Source: Octopus vulgaris (lineage: Eukaryota). From it: a DNA stretch of 64,000 bases. The stretch lies in contig OX597819.1 of the NCBI GenBank assembly GCA_951406725.2, positions 31,496,001-31,560,000 on the forward strand, given 5' to 3'. Below are positions 53,001-64,000 of this stretch, piece by piece. The notes under the pieces are model-generated. The model did no database searches, was not told the DNA's origin, and worked only from the letters and a program-made list of their open reading frames with translations. How positions within the stretch are numbered: position 1 is the stretch's first letter; the number at the start of each line of letters is the position of its first letter. A program made the position numbers and the translations under genes.

Positions 53001-53610
53001 TCCAAAACAGAGACGTTGATCTTCGTTTCTAGCAAAGAATATTTCGAAAGGTTTGGTTTTTACGGTAGCCATTTGTTTTTCTGAAACAGGTTTTATCAGT
53101 GAGTACATTGACAAATTGGGCGCGATTAAGAAACTAAAATGGCAGAAGCAAAGCACGTTGGATGCGGTGGACGTGATGATGGAGTATGCAATGGATGTGA
53201 TGGTTGTGTATGGCAAGAGAGTCTGTTTGTTGTGTATATATGTCTGTGTATATGTGTGTTGTGTGTATGTGTGTGTGCGTGCGCGTCTGCTTGTGCATGT
53301 GCATAACTGAGTGAAAGAGAGAGAGAGACAGAGAGAGAGCAAGGGAGAGAGAAAGTGAGAGAGGAAGGGAGAAAGATAGAAAGAGAGAGAAAACGTGAGA
53401 AAGAGAGAGTGAGAGAGAAAGAGAAAGGGAGAGAAATAGAAAGAAACAGAAAGCGAGAGAAAAACAGAAACAAAGAGAGAGAGAGAAAGAGAGAGAGAGA
53501 GAGTGAGAGAGGAGACTTTAATTGAGGAAAGGATAGAGAGAACGAGAGAGAGAAGAAAGAGAGAAAGATAGAGAGATTTTTCATATATAAGGAAAATATC
53601 TACGCACACA

Positions 53611-53642
<32 letters not shown>

Positions 53643-53903
53643 ACACAAAATCAACTCTAAGCTGGGAGGGGGCCTGATTCCATTCTTGGTTGCAGCTGTC
53701 TCGCAAACTAGTGCCAAGCAATGTCTTTGATAGAGGTTATGAAGGTCGAATTTCTCATACCTTACTCCTTGAAGAGGTCACCACAATTAATCACCCATTG
53801 ATGGATACTTCTGTCGCTGAAAGGTCAAGTAATTGATCTCTCTTGAATCATCATTATAATATTTTTCAATCTCTCTCTCTGTTTCTCTCTTTCTCTCTCA
53901 CTC

Positions 53904-53965
<62 letters not shown>

Positions 53966-54279
53966 TATATTTTATTAACATATATATATACATACATACA
54001 TACATATACATACACACACACACACTCACACACATATATATATATACACATGTATATATATAGATAATTGTGCAAGGTGTGTGTGTATAACTGCTGTTCC
54101 TCAATAAGCGTTGTAGGTGTGGTTGTAAAATCTTCGTGTGTAATTGTGGCCAATGTGTGTATGAATGTGTGTGTATGTGTGTGTGTGTGAGACACTGTAA
54201 CTGTGTCATGCGTGTGCGAGTGTTAAAAATGTAAATTGTCTGTATGTATACGTGTATGCATGTATGTCAGAAGTGTTTA

Positions 54280-55256
54280 TACATGCATACATACATACAT
54301 ACATACATGCATACATGCATACATCATATATACATGCATAAATACGTACATCATACATACATACATACATACATGCATACATACATACATAAATACATAC
54401 ATACATGCATGCATACATACATAGATACATACATACATGCATACATACATACGTACATACATGCATATATACATACATACATCATACATACATACATACA
54501 CAGATACATACATACATGCATACATACATACATCATACATACATACATACATACATACATCATACATACATACATATATACATACATACATACATGCATA
54601 TATACATACATACATACATGCATACATGCATACATCATATATACATGCATACATACATACATCATATATACATGCATACATACATCATACATACATACAT
54701 ACATCATACATACATACATACATACATACATACATACATACATGCATACATACATCATACATACATACATACATACATGCATATATACATACATACATAC
54801 ATACATGCATACATGCATACATCATATATACATGCATACATACATACATCATACATACATACATACATACGTGCATGCATACATACATGCATATATACAT
54901 ACATACATCATACATACATACATACATACATAAATGCATACATACATACATACATACATACATACATACATGCATACATACATACATACATACATACATA
55001 CATAGATACATACATACATGCATACATACATAGATACATACATGCATACATACATACATACATACATTCATACATACATACATAAATACATACATACATG
55101 CATGCATACATACATAGATACATACATACATGCATACATAGATACATACATACATACATACATGCATACATACATATACATACATACATACATACATACA
55201 TACATACATACATACATACATACATACATACATACATACATACATACATACATACA

Positions 55257-55288
<32 letters not shown>

Positions 55289-55290
55289 CA
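54280..55290. repeat. ~1-kb degenerate (CATA)n array
   Basis: Directly visible. Confidence 0.95.
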
Positions 55291-55799
55291 CATGCTATGA
55301 AAGGGAAGCTCTATTTTCCATTTGCAGCAATGTATGTGTATGTTTGTGCATGCATATGTGTGTGTGTGTGTGTGTGTGTGCGCGCACGCGTGTGTGTACA
55401 TGAGTGTGTGTATTTATTTGTTGTGCTCTTGTGTGTTTGAATATGTTTGCGTGCATTGTTGTGTATATGTATATATATATATATGCGTGTGTTTGCAGAT
55501 ACGAGTGTTTATCTATCGGATTATAAAGCAAGAATCATGTTTTTATGTTTTTAATATCTCAAATTCTGCAATCGACTCTTCTGTTGAGGAATATTGCTAA
55601 ACTGGAATCGGTTAGCCAAGGTGAAATTTCACAAAGAAAGCCAACGCATAATCTGAATTATTTATCCTACATATTACTGGATAATATTTCTATATTTCAA
55701 TATTGAATACAAGATAGAACGTATTGATGGATCTAAGATCATAGTGAGATGGAGAAATTGGATCGGACGCCATATCGTAGTCACTGAATTAGAAGAAAT

Positions 55800-56462
55800 A
55801 GGAGAGGAATATACAAAAGGAGAAGAAGAAGAAGAAGAAGAAGAAGAAGAAGAGGAGGAGGAGGAGGGAAATGGAAGAGAAGGTGAAAAATAAAAATTGG
55901 TGGATGTAGGGGAGAGAAAGAGTAAGGTGGAGCAGAGGAGAAGAGGGAGAAGAAGGTGTTGATGAAGAAGAAAAAGAAGATAAAGAAGAGGAAAACTATG
56001 AAGATGATGATGATGATAATGATGAAGAAGAAAAAGAAGAGGAGGAAGGGGAGGTGAAAAATAAAAGTTGGTGGATGTGGGGGAGAGAAAGAATAAGGTG
56101 GAGCGGAGGAGAAGAGGGAGAAGGTGGTGATGAAGAAGAAGAAAAAGATGAAGAAGAAAAAGACGAAGAAGAAGAAGAGGAAGGAAGAAGAAGAAGAAGA
56201 AGAAAAAGAGGAAGGAATAAGAAGAAGAAGAAGAAGAGGAAGAAGAAGAGGACGAAGAAGGGGAAGAAGAGATGAAAGAGAATACGCGGGATGTGAGGAA
56301 AAATGAAGAAGATGAAGTAAAAGTGGAAGGAAGAAGACGAAGAAGAAGAAGAAGAAGAAGAAGAAGAAGAAGAAGAAGAAGAAGAAGAAGAAGGAGATGA
56401 TGAAAGAGAATAAGCGGAATGCGGGGAAAGATGAAGAAGAAGAAGAAGAAGAAGAAGAAGAA

Positions 56463-56493
<31 letters not shown>

Positions 56494-56830
56494 AAGAAGA
56501 AGAAGAAGAAGAAGAAGAGATGAAAGAGAATAAGCGGGATGTGGGGAAAGATGAAGAAGAAGAAGAAGAAGAAGAAGAAGAAGAAGAAGAAAAGCAACAG
56601 GAGATAAAAGAGAATAAGCGGGTTGGAGGAAAGCTGAAGAAGGGAAGAAGATGGAGAAGAAAAGATGGAGATGGAGGGAGCTGAGACGTTGAGATGTTGA
56701 ACAAGCAGAAGAGGAAAATATGATGAAGATGACGATGTCAACGATGAGGCCAACGATGATGGTGATAGTGATGGTGATGATGATGATGATGACGACGACG
56801 AATATGATGATAAAGCGGTTGGAAGGAAGA
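55800..56830. repeat. Purine-rich (GAA)n region with higher-order duplications
   Basis: (GAA)n blocks separated by recurring linkers (see findings). Confidence 0.9.
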
Positions 56831-57075
56831 TGATGATGATGATGAGAGAAAAGGTGAAAAACAAGAAGAAAAAAACAAAACAAGCAAAAAATAGAAAAAA
56901 AAAGAAACAAACTTACAGAAAGAATTGTTGTGGCGAAGAAAGAAAGAAAAAAAAGACAGAATTCTACAATTGGTGTGCAATTGATGAGGATGGTGCCGAA
57001 GAATGTGAGGATGATGAGGATGGTGACGAAGAAGTGCGAAAAGGGAAATTAAGATAGAAGGAGGAAGAAGAATTT

Positions 57076-57233
<158 letters not shown>

Positions 57234-57686
57234 GCTGCTGTCGATAACACTACAGCTGCTACTACAGCTATTGTAATGGCCGCCGCTGTCACTACCGCCG
57301 CCACCACCACCACCACCACCACCACCGTCGCCACCACCACTAATAATAATAATCATAACAAAACTAATGATGATGATGGTGATGATAATGATGGCGATGA
57401 TGATGATGATGATGATGATAACAACAATAATAATGATAATAATAATAATGATAATAATAATAGTGAATAATATTGATAATAGTAAAAATGAAGAAGTAGA
57501 AGAAGGAGGAAGAAGAAGGAGGAAGAAGAAGGAGGAAGAAGAAGGAGGAAGAAGAAGGAGGAAGAAGAAGGAGGAAGAGAAGAGTGAAGTGGATTTTGTT
57601 TGATATTTCTATGGAAATTCTATTAGCTAAGGTAGATTCAACTGACGCGATGCCAAAAATATAGGAATGTAAAATATTCGGTATCG

Positions 57687-57750
<64 letters not shown>

Positions 57751-57761
57751 CAATAATAATA

Positions 57762-57807
<46 letters not shown>

Positions 57808-58436
57808 TTACACACACATGTATATTAGATAAGCTGATTTAACAATATCTATGGCTTGTATTAATATTTACATATAGATATGCATGTACAAAAACCGAAC
57901 ACATGCATGCAAATGTACATGCATGCATACACACGCACGCACACGCACGCACACAGACAGACACACACACACAGAGAAGCATACATCCCTGCGATCATGG
58001 ACAAAAACATGTATGGGTACATATATAGATATTATCCACAAATACATATATGAACAGATATAATATGAACACATAAACATATAAATGATCTATCTGCACA
58101 CACACTCTCACACACACACACACACATATATATCTATTCCTTAAACACACATACGCATGTATATATATACATATACATATTTCTGCGTTTCTATGTATAG
58201 AAATGTAAAAAAAAACGCAGCTGAAGTTTTTTCCCCTCTGCGTCTAGAAAAAGATATCGACTAGTTTCAGCATTTATTAATTTGTCGTCAGGGATCGGAT
58301 ATTCCTTCATGGGCATAGATAGCATAATAACTTATAGCAATTTATAGCATGCTTACCCCAGGGCAGAACTAAATTGGTTTGTTTAATTTGCATAAGCGCG
58401 CAAGCATTTGTAATCTGTATGTATAAATTTGCAGTT

Positions 58437-58840
58437 TTTTTTTTTACTTGTTTCAGTCATTTTGACTGCGGCCATGCTGGAGCACCGCCTTTAGTCGAGC
58501 AAATCGACCCCGGGACTTATTCTTTGTAAGCCCAGTACTTATTCTATCGGTCTCTTTTGCCGAACCGCTAAGTGACGGGGACGTAAACACACCAGCATCG
58601 GTTGTCAAGCAATGCTAGGGGGGCAAACACAGACACACAAACACACACATACATATATATATATATATACATATATACAACAGGCTTCTTCCAGTTTCCG
58701 TCTACCAAATCCACTCACAAGGCATTGGTCAGTCCGGGGCTACAGCAGAAGACACTTGCCCAAGATGCCTCGCAGTGGGACTGAACCCGGAACCATGTGG
58801 TTGGTTAGCAAGCTACTTACCACACAGCCACTCCTGCGCC
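58437..58840 (-). mobile_element. SINE-A, full length
   Basis: End-to-end alignment with the other copies. Confidence 0.92.
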
Positions 58841-59844
58841 TATGTAATTTCTTTACATTTTCACTTAATCCAAACTATGTGTAGTGTTTTTATATGTGAC
58901 AAAATAAGATAAATGTCAGTCGCATGGATTTGGACTACGAATAATGTAATATTGAATATTGTGCGAGATCAATTCATGATTTATCAGAATTATCTGCGCT
59001 TCGAAAGAATGTGAACAAGCGCCTAGTGGTAAATGAGACATACTCTGAATAAGAAGAATGTTAATTTCAAAGATCAAGAATTTTCCGGGATTGCCGTGCC
59101 ATTAAAGTAAGTCAGTTCTTTCTGGAGACCAGAGGGCATCTGTATGTACATGTTTCTTTCACAATATGCGTCATCAGTACAGCAGTTGCCCTATCTTGAC
59201 TCCACCTGTAGGAGTTTCTCGAATCATTACTTTGAATTTCATCTCCCATCTTATTCAAATAATGGAAGATGAATCGCAACAGAAAATTATATAAGCATAA
59301 AAATATTCATAAACACAACGAAATAGGGTAAATTATTGGTTAATGTAAAACAAGAAGGAAAAAGCCGTTAGGAAATGCGTTACATATTTATGCTTTCAAT
59401 CGTTATATGCATAACATGTGATATATATATCCGTTTTTGTTTTCAGTGTCATGTGTGCAAAATCCCCCCACCAACCTCCCCAGAAATAAAAAGGCCAGAA
59501 AATGGCCTTTTTTATTATTTGATCTCAAAGTCGATTGAAAACAACGGAGAACACACCTTTGTATTCTCTCATAAAAGTTCTATGACAAGAACCTAGTGTT
59601 TGTCTAATTTTGCATTTCATTCCTTCACAGTCGATACAACAGTAGCAAACCATCACAAGGTCCATTCCTCGTTGCAGTGTTGCGGCTTGCGTGCTTCAGT
59701 GATCCTTAAAGCCATGTCAGCGGACCTTCCATACTGGAACGATGAAAGGATAGTGGCTAAGCTAATATGGATTACCTCTTTCGAGAAGTAAATAATATGG
59801 GTTTGCGTAGAGCCAACATCCTAATCGAGAAAAAAGAAAAAAAG

Positions 59845-60290
59845 AAACCACACGGTTCCAGGTTCAGTCCCACTGTGTTGCACCTTGGAAAAGTGTCTTC
59901 TACTATAGTCTGGGGTCGACCAAAGCCTTGTGAGTGGATTTGATTAACGGAAACTGAAAGAAGCACATCATGTATATGTGTGTGTGTGTATGTGTGTGTG
60001 TGTGTGTGACTTTGCATGTGTTTGTCCCCCACTACCGCTTCACACACACACGCTTGACAACCGGTGTTCGTGTATTTACGTCCCCATAACATTAGCGGTT
60101 CGGCGAAGAGAGAGAGAGAGAGAGGGAGAGAGAGAGAGAAAGAGAAAGAGAAAGAGAGAGAACAATAGAATAAGTAGCAGGCTTAACAAAATAATAAGTA
60201 CTGGGGCCTCTTCTTTCGACCCAAATTTCTTCAAGACGGTACCCCAGCATGGCCGCAATCTGATGACTGAAACAAGTAAAAAATATAAGA
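59845..60290 (+). mobile_element. SINE-A (diverged, second internal (GA)n expansion)
   Basis: Aligns from ACCACACGGTTCCAGGTTCAGTCCC to the tail. Confidence 0.82.
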
Positions 60291-60554
60291 TGAAAGGTGA
60301 GCATCGATGGTAAGTGAAAACCGACAAGATATGGAATAGGAACAACTCAGAGTCGTGAACAGCAGAGAAAAGTCGTCGACAGCCTAAGCTCCATGGGAAG
60401 TAAAGAGCTTAAGTAAAGGTGATGGTTAGACAGAAACGCAATAACGTTGAACCAGATGCTTTGCAGTATTTGTTGCAGCCCTTTGCGTTCTGAGTTCAAA
60501 TTCCACCATAGCAAATTTAGGTGGTAGACTTAATTCGTTACCCAGTCTAATACC

Positions 60555-60975
60555 TATTTCTTTACTATCCACAAGGAGCTAAATACAGAGGGGAACAAAC
60601 AAGGACAGACAAACGGATTAAGTCGATTAGATCGACCCCAGTGCGTAACTGGTACTTAATTTATCGACCCCGTAAGGATGAAAGGCAAAGTCGACCTCGG
60701 CGGAATTTGAACTCAGAACGTAACGGCAGACGAAATACCTATTTCTTTATTACCCACAAGGGGCTAAACACGGAGAGGACAAACAAGGACAGACATAACG
60801 GTATTAAGTCGATTATATCGACCCCAGTGCGTAACGGGTACTTAATTTATCGACCCCGTAAGGATGAAAGGCAAAGTCGACCTCGGCGGAATTTGAACTC
60901 AGAACGTAACGGCAGACGAAATACCGCTAAGCATTTCGTCCGGCGTGCTAACGATTCTACCAGCTTACCGCCTCT
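60555..60975 (-). mobile_element. SINE-B tail-type-2 dimer (one head, two ~185-bp body+tail units)
   Basis: 14-bp TSD CCCAGTCTAATACC at 60541-60554 and 60976-60989. Confidence 0.9.
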
Positions 60976-61199
60976 CCCAGTCTAATACCATCACTTGGCA
61001 CCTTGAGTGCCTTCAGCGGAGTCCATTCTGATGCGAGCATTCGGGATAGGTCGGTCTCTGGTTTGAGGATATCTTCCAACCCGCTCCCATCATTCTCGGA
61101 TGCCTCCATAAAGAATCGCAAGAACTGCCTTCTTTGTTGACTGAAAAGGAAATTAGTAGGATCGCCTGATGGACCTGATGTCACGAGGATGGCACTCTG

Positions 61200-61513
61200 G
61201 TACTCTGTCGGTTATGACAACGAGGATTCCAGTTGATTCCACCAACGGAACAGACTGTTCGTGAAATTAACGTACAAGTGGCTGAGCACTCCGCAAAGTG
61301 TACTCTTCACGTAGTTCTCAGGGAAGTTCAGCGTGACACAGAATGTGACAAAGCTGGCCCTTTCACCAACAGGTACGACTCATTTTTGCCAGCTAAGTGG
61401 ACTGGAGCAACGTGAAAATGAAGTGTCTTGCTCAAGTACTCAGCGCGTCGCTGAGTATCGAATTCATGACCTTATGCCCGTGAACTGACTACCTTAACCA
61501 CAAAGCTACGCGC
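61200..61513 (-). mobile_element. tRNA-derived SINE, fourth family (diverged)
   Basis: Reverse complement GCGCGTAGCTTTGTGGTTAAGG..GAATTCGATAC..CTTGAGCAAGACACTT; a related fragment lies at ~51915-52200. Confidence 0.6.
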
Positions 61514-62919
61514 ACAAGGAAACATATACAGTAGAATATATCACTATCTCGCTTCACTTACAAATATTACCATGTAACACGTAGGAACGACAGAATCAAC
61601 TGAATAACAAATAGTAAACCTTCTGATACCGAGTTACGTCCCTTTATGTTTTTTCAAATTTTATCAAGGTTCGCCTTTTATTCATCCAGAGTCAATAAAA
61701 TAAACAAGTCAAATACAGCAGTTGATTTCCTCGACTATGCACTTCTCTCTTGAATGTGTGACATTATGCTAGAAATTATTTATTTGTGTTGCTTTTATGT
61801 TGTAGTCGTTTAGCATCAGACCTCTAATGAAAATCGACTAATCTATCTTATTTTAAGGAATAGTGTATCTAGGATTATATTATCCAATGTGTCCTTCGTA
61901 TCTTTATGATGATAGGGTTTGATTTGAGGAAAATTTAGCTTCTATTTTTAGGAGGACGAACATCCACGTACAAAAACCGCTCATTTATGAAGAAAACAAT
62001 TAAATATACAGTGATGTGCGCAGTTACTAAATATTTTCGTAAGTGGTTTTGTCTTCTTGATAGATGATATTTATTACATATTTACATCAAATAACCGGAA
62101 ATAAGTGTCGACCATGCAATAAGATCTTGATATCAAAAATATGCAGTCTGCTTTGAAATAGATTCAAATCACATTTCTGCCACTTCTGACCACTGTAACT
62201 ATTACCACACTTGGCTGCGTGGGTTTGAAAGTAAATAGAGAAGGAAAATGCAATATTGTTTTCTGGTTTCAAATTTTGGTACGGTAATAGAAGGGAATAA
62301 GTCACTTGCATCGAACCCAATGATCAACTGATACTTTATTGTATCGCTCCCGAGAAGCAGAGTAGACCTCGGTGGAATTTGAGCTGGAAACATACAAGCG
62401 GAAGAAATGCCGCTAAGCATTTCGTCCTGCGTGCAAACGATTTTGTTAGCTCGCCACCATTTTGGCTTGAAATAACTACCCTTTATTTCCTATTTACAGA
62501 TCCTGTTTCCCTGAACCACATCTCACTAACTCAGAACATAAAGCCGGAAGAAATGCTGAGAAGTACTTTGTCCGGCATGCCGACAATTATGCCAGCTTAC
62601 TGCTTTAATATTCTTTTCTACTTTAGGTACAAGGCCTGAAATCTTTGCTTACATCGATTCCAGTACCTGGCTGGTACTTATTTTATCGACCCTTTATATT
62701 ACTTTAATTGTTTCTGCTATAAGTACAAATCCTGAAATTGTGAGGGAGAGGACTGACTATTCGATTGGATCAAGCCCAGTGCTCAACTGGTACCTATTTT
62801 TTTTTTGGAGGGGGGGGCTGAAAAAGATGAAAGGCAAAGCCGACCTCGGCAGAATTTGAGCATACCTTTGGTACAGCCGGAAACAATTCAGTTAATATTG
62901 GTTTCAAAGTTTCGTACGA

Positions 62920-63111
62920 AGCTTGCAATTTCGGGAGAGGGCTAGTCGATTACATCGACTCCTGTGCTTAACTGATTCTTATTTTATGGGCGCCGAAAGG
63001 TTGTAATGCTAAGTTGACCCCGGCAGCATTTAAACTCAGAAGATTAAGTCGGAAGAAAAGCCGCTAAGCATTTTGGCCGGCGAGATAACGATTCTGCCAG
63101 CTCACCGCCTT
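62920..63111 (-). mobile_element. SINE-B (diverged), last of several decayed copies in 62290-63111
   Basis: Reverse complement head AGGCGGTGAGCTGGCAGAATCGTTATCTCGCCGG. Confidence 0.75.
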
Positions 63112-63214
63112 AATATTGCTTGAAATAAAAATCTAGAGAGAGTGAGAAAGAGGGGGAGTGGGAGAGAGATAGAGTGTGTATGCCTATGCATGAATGCGTG
63201 AGTGAAATACTACA

Positions 63215-63905
63215 ATATGTAAGGTCTATAAGGTGGCGATTTGGCAGGAACGTTAGCACGCCGCGCGAAATGCTTAGCGAAATTTCGTCTGCCGTTACGT
63301 TGTGAGTTCAAATTCCGCCGAGGTCGACTTTGCCTTTCATCCTTTTGGAGGCCGATAAATTAAGTACCAGTTGTGTACTGGGGTCGATGTAATCGACTGT
63401 CCCCTCCCCCAAAATTTCGGGCCTTGTGCCTAGAGTAGAAAAGGATATATGTAAGGTCTATAAGGCGGCGAGCTGGCAGAAACGTTAGCACGCCGGGCGA
63501 AATGCTTAGCGAAATTTCGTCTGCCGTTACGTTGTGAGTTCAAATTCCGCCGAGGTCGACTTTGCCTTTCATCCTTTTGGAGGCCGATAAATTAAGTACC
63601 AGTTGCGTACTGGGATCGATCTAATCGACTGTCCCCTCCCCCAAAATTTCGGGCCTTGTGCCTAGAGTAGAAAAGGATATATGTAAGGTCTATAAGGCGG
63701 CGAGCTGGCAGAAACGTTAGCTACCCGGGCGAAATGCTTAGTGGTATTTCGTCTGTCTTTATGTTCTAAGTTCAAATTACGCCGAGGTCGACTTTGCCTT
63801 TCATCCTTTTGGGGGTCGATAAATTAAGTACCAGTTACGCACTGGGGTCGATCTAATCGACTGGTCCCCTCCACAAAATTTTCGGGCCTTGTGCCTAGAG
63901 CAGAA
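63215..63905 (+). mobile_element. Head-to-tail SINE-B trimer (tail type 1), 232-bp period
   Basis: Linker ATATGTAAGGTCTATA at 63215, 63447 and 63679, each followed by a full SINE-B. Confidence 0.92.
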
Positions 63906-64000
63906 TGTAGATAAAAGGCCACATATTTGTGGATTGGAATGACAGGATGAAATGTATTCCAGTACGTGTCTGCTACTTTATTTATCGACTACATCGATTC

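Overview
AT-rich eukaryotic non-coding DNA made almost entirely of transposon remnants and microsatellites. I see no host protein-coding exon, rRNA, true tRNA gene or CRISPR array, and most ORFs in the track are translations of microsatellites or SINEs. The SINE families and the repeat landscape look like a coleoid cephalopod, probably Octopus (recognised from memory, not verified). Contents: (i) about 20 copies or fragments of a ~410-bp tRNA-headed SINE with an internal microsatellite (SINE-A, my label), more than 10 copies of a second SINE with interchangeable 3' tails (SINE-B), and two rarer SINEs; (ii) two R4/Dong-type non-LTR remnants; (iii) several Penelope-like elements (PLEs), including a ~1.7-kb fold-back and at least five hammerhead-ribozyme motifs, two of them forming a 140-bp palindrome; (iv) non-autonomous Helitrons, one carrying a piggyBac fragment and a 116-bp x7 array; (v) mariner/Tc1 relics. 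The most interesting structure is at 42110-48501. Two different Tx1-like L1-clade LINEs sit in tandem at the same nucleotide of a SINE-B head, with an 18-bp duplication between them. The putative LINE 3' end there matches the tail of one SINE-B subfamily. This suggests a LINE that both mobilises and site-specifically targets the same SINE. All alignments were done by eye, and boundaries of decayed elements are approximate.
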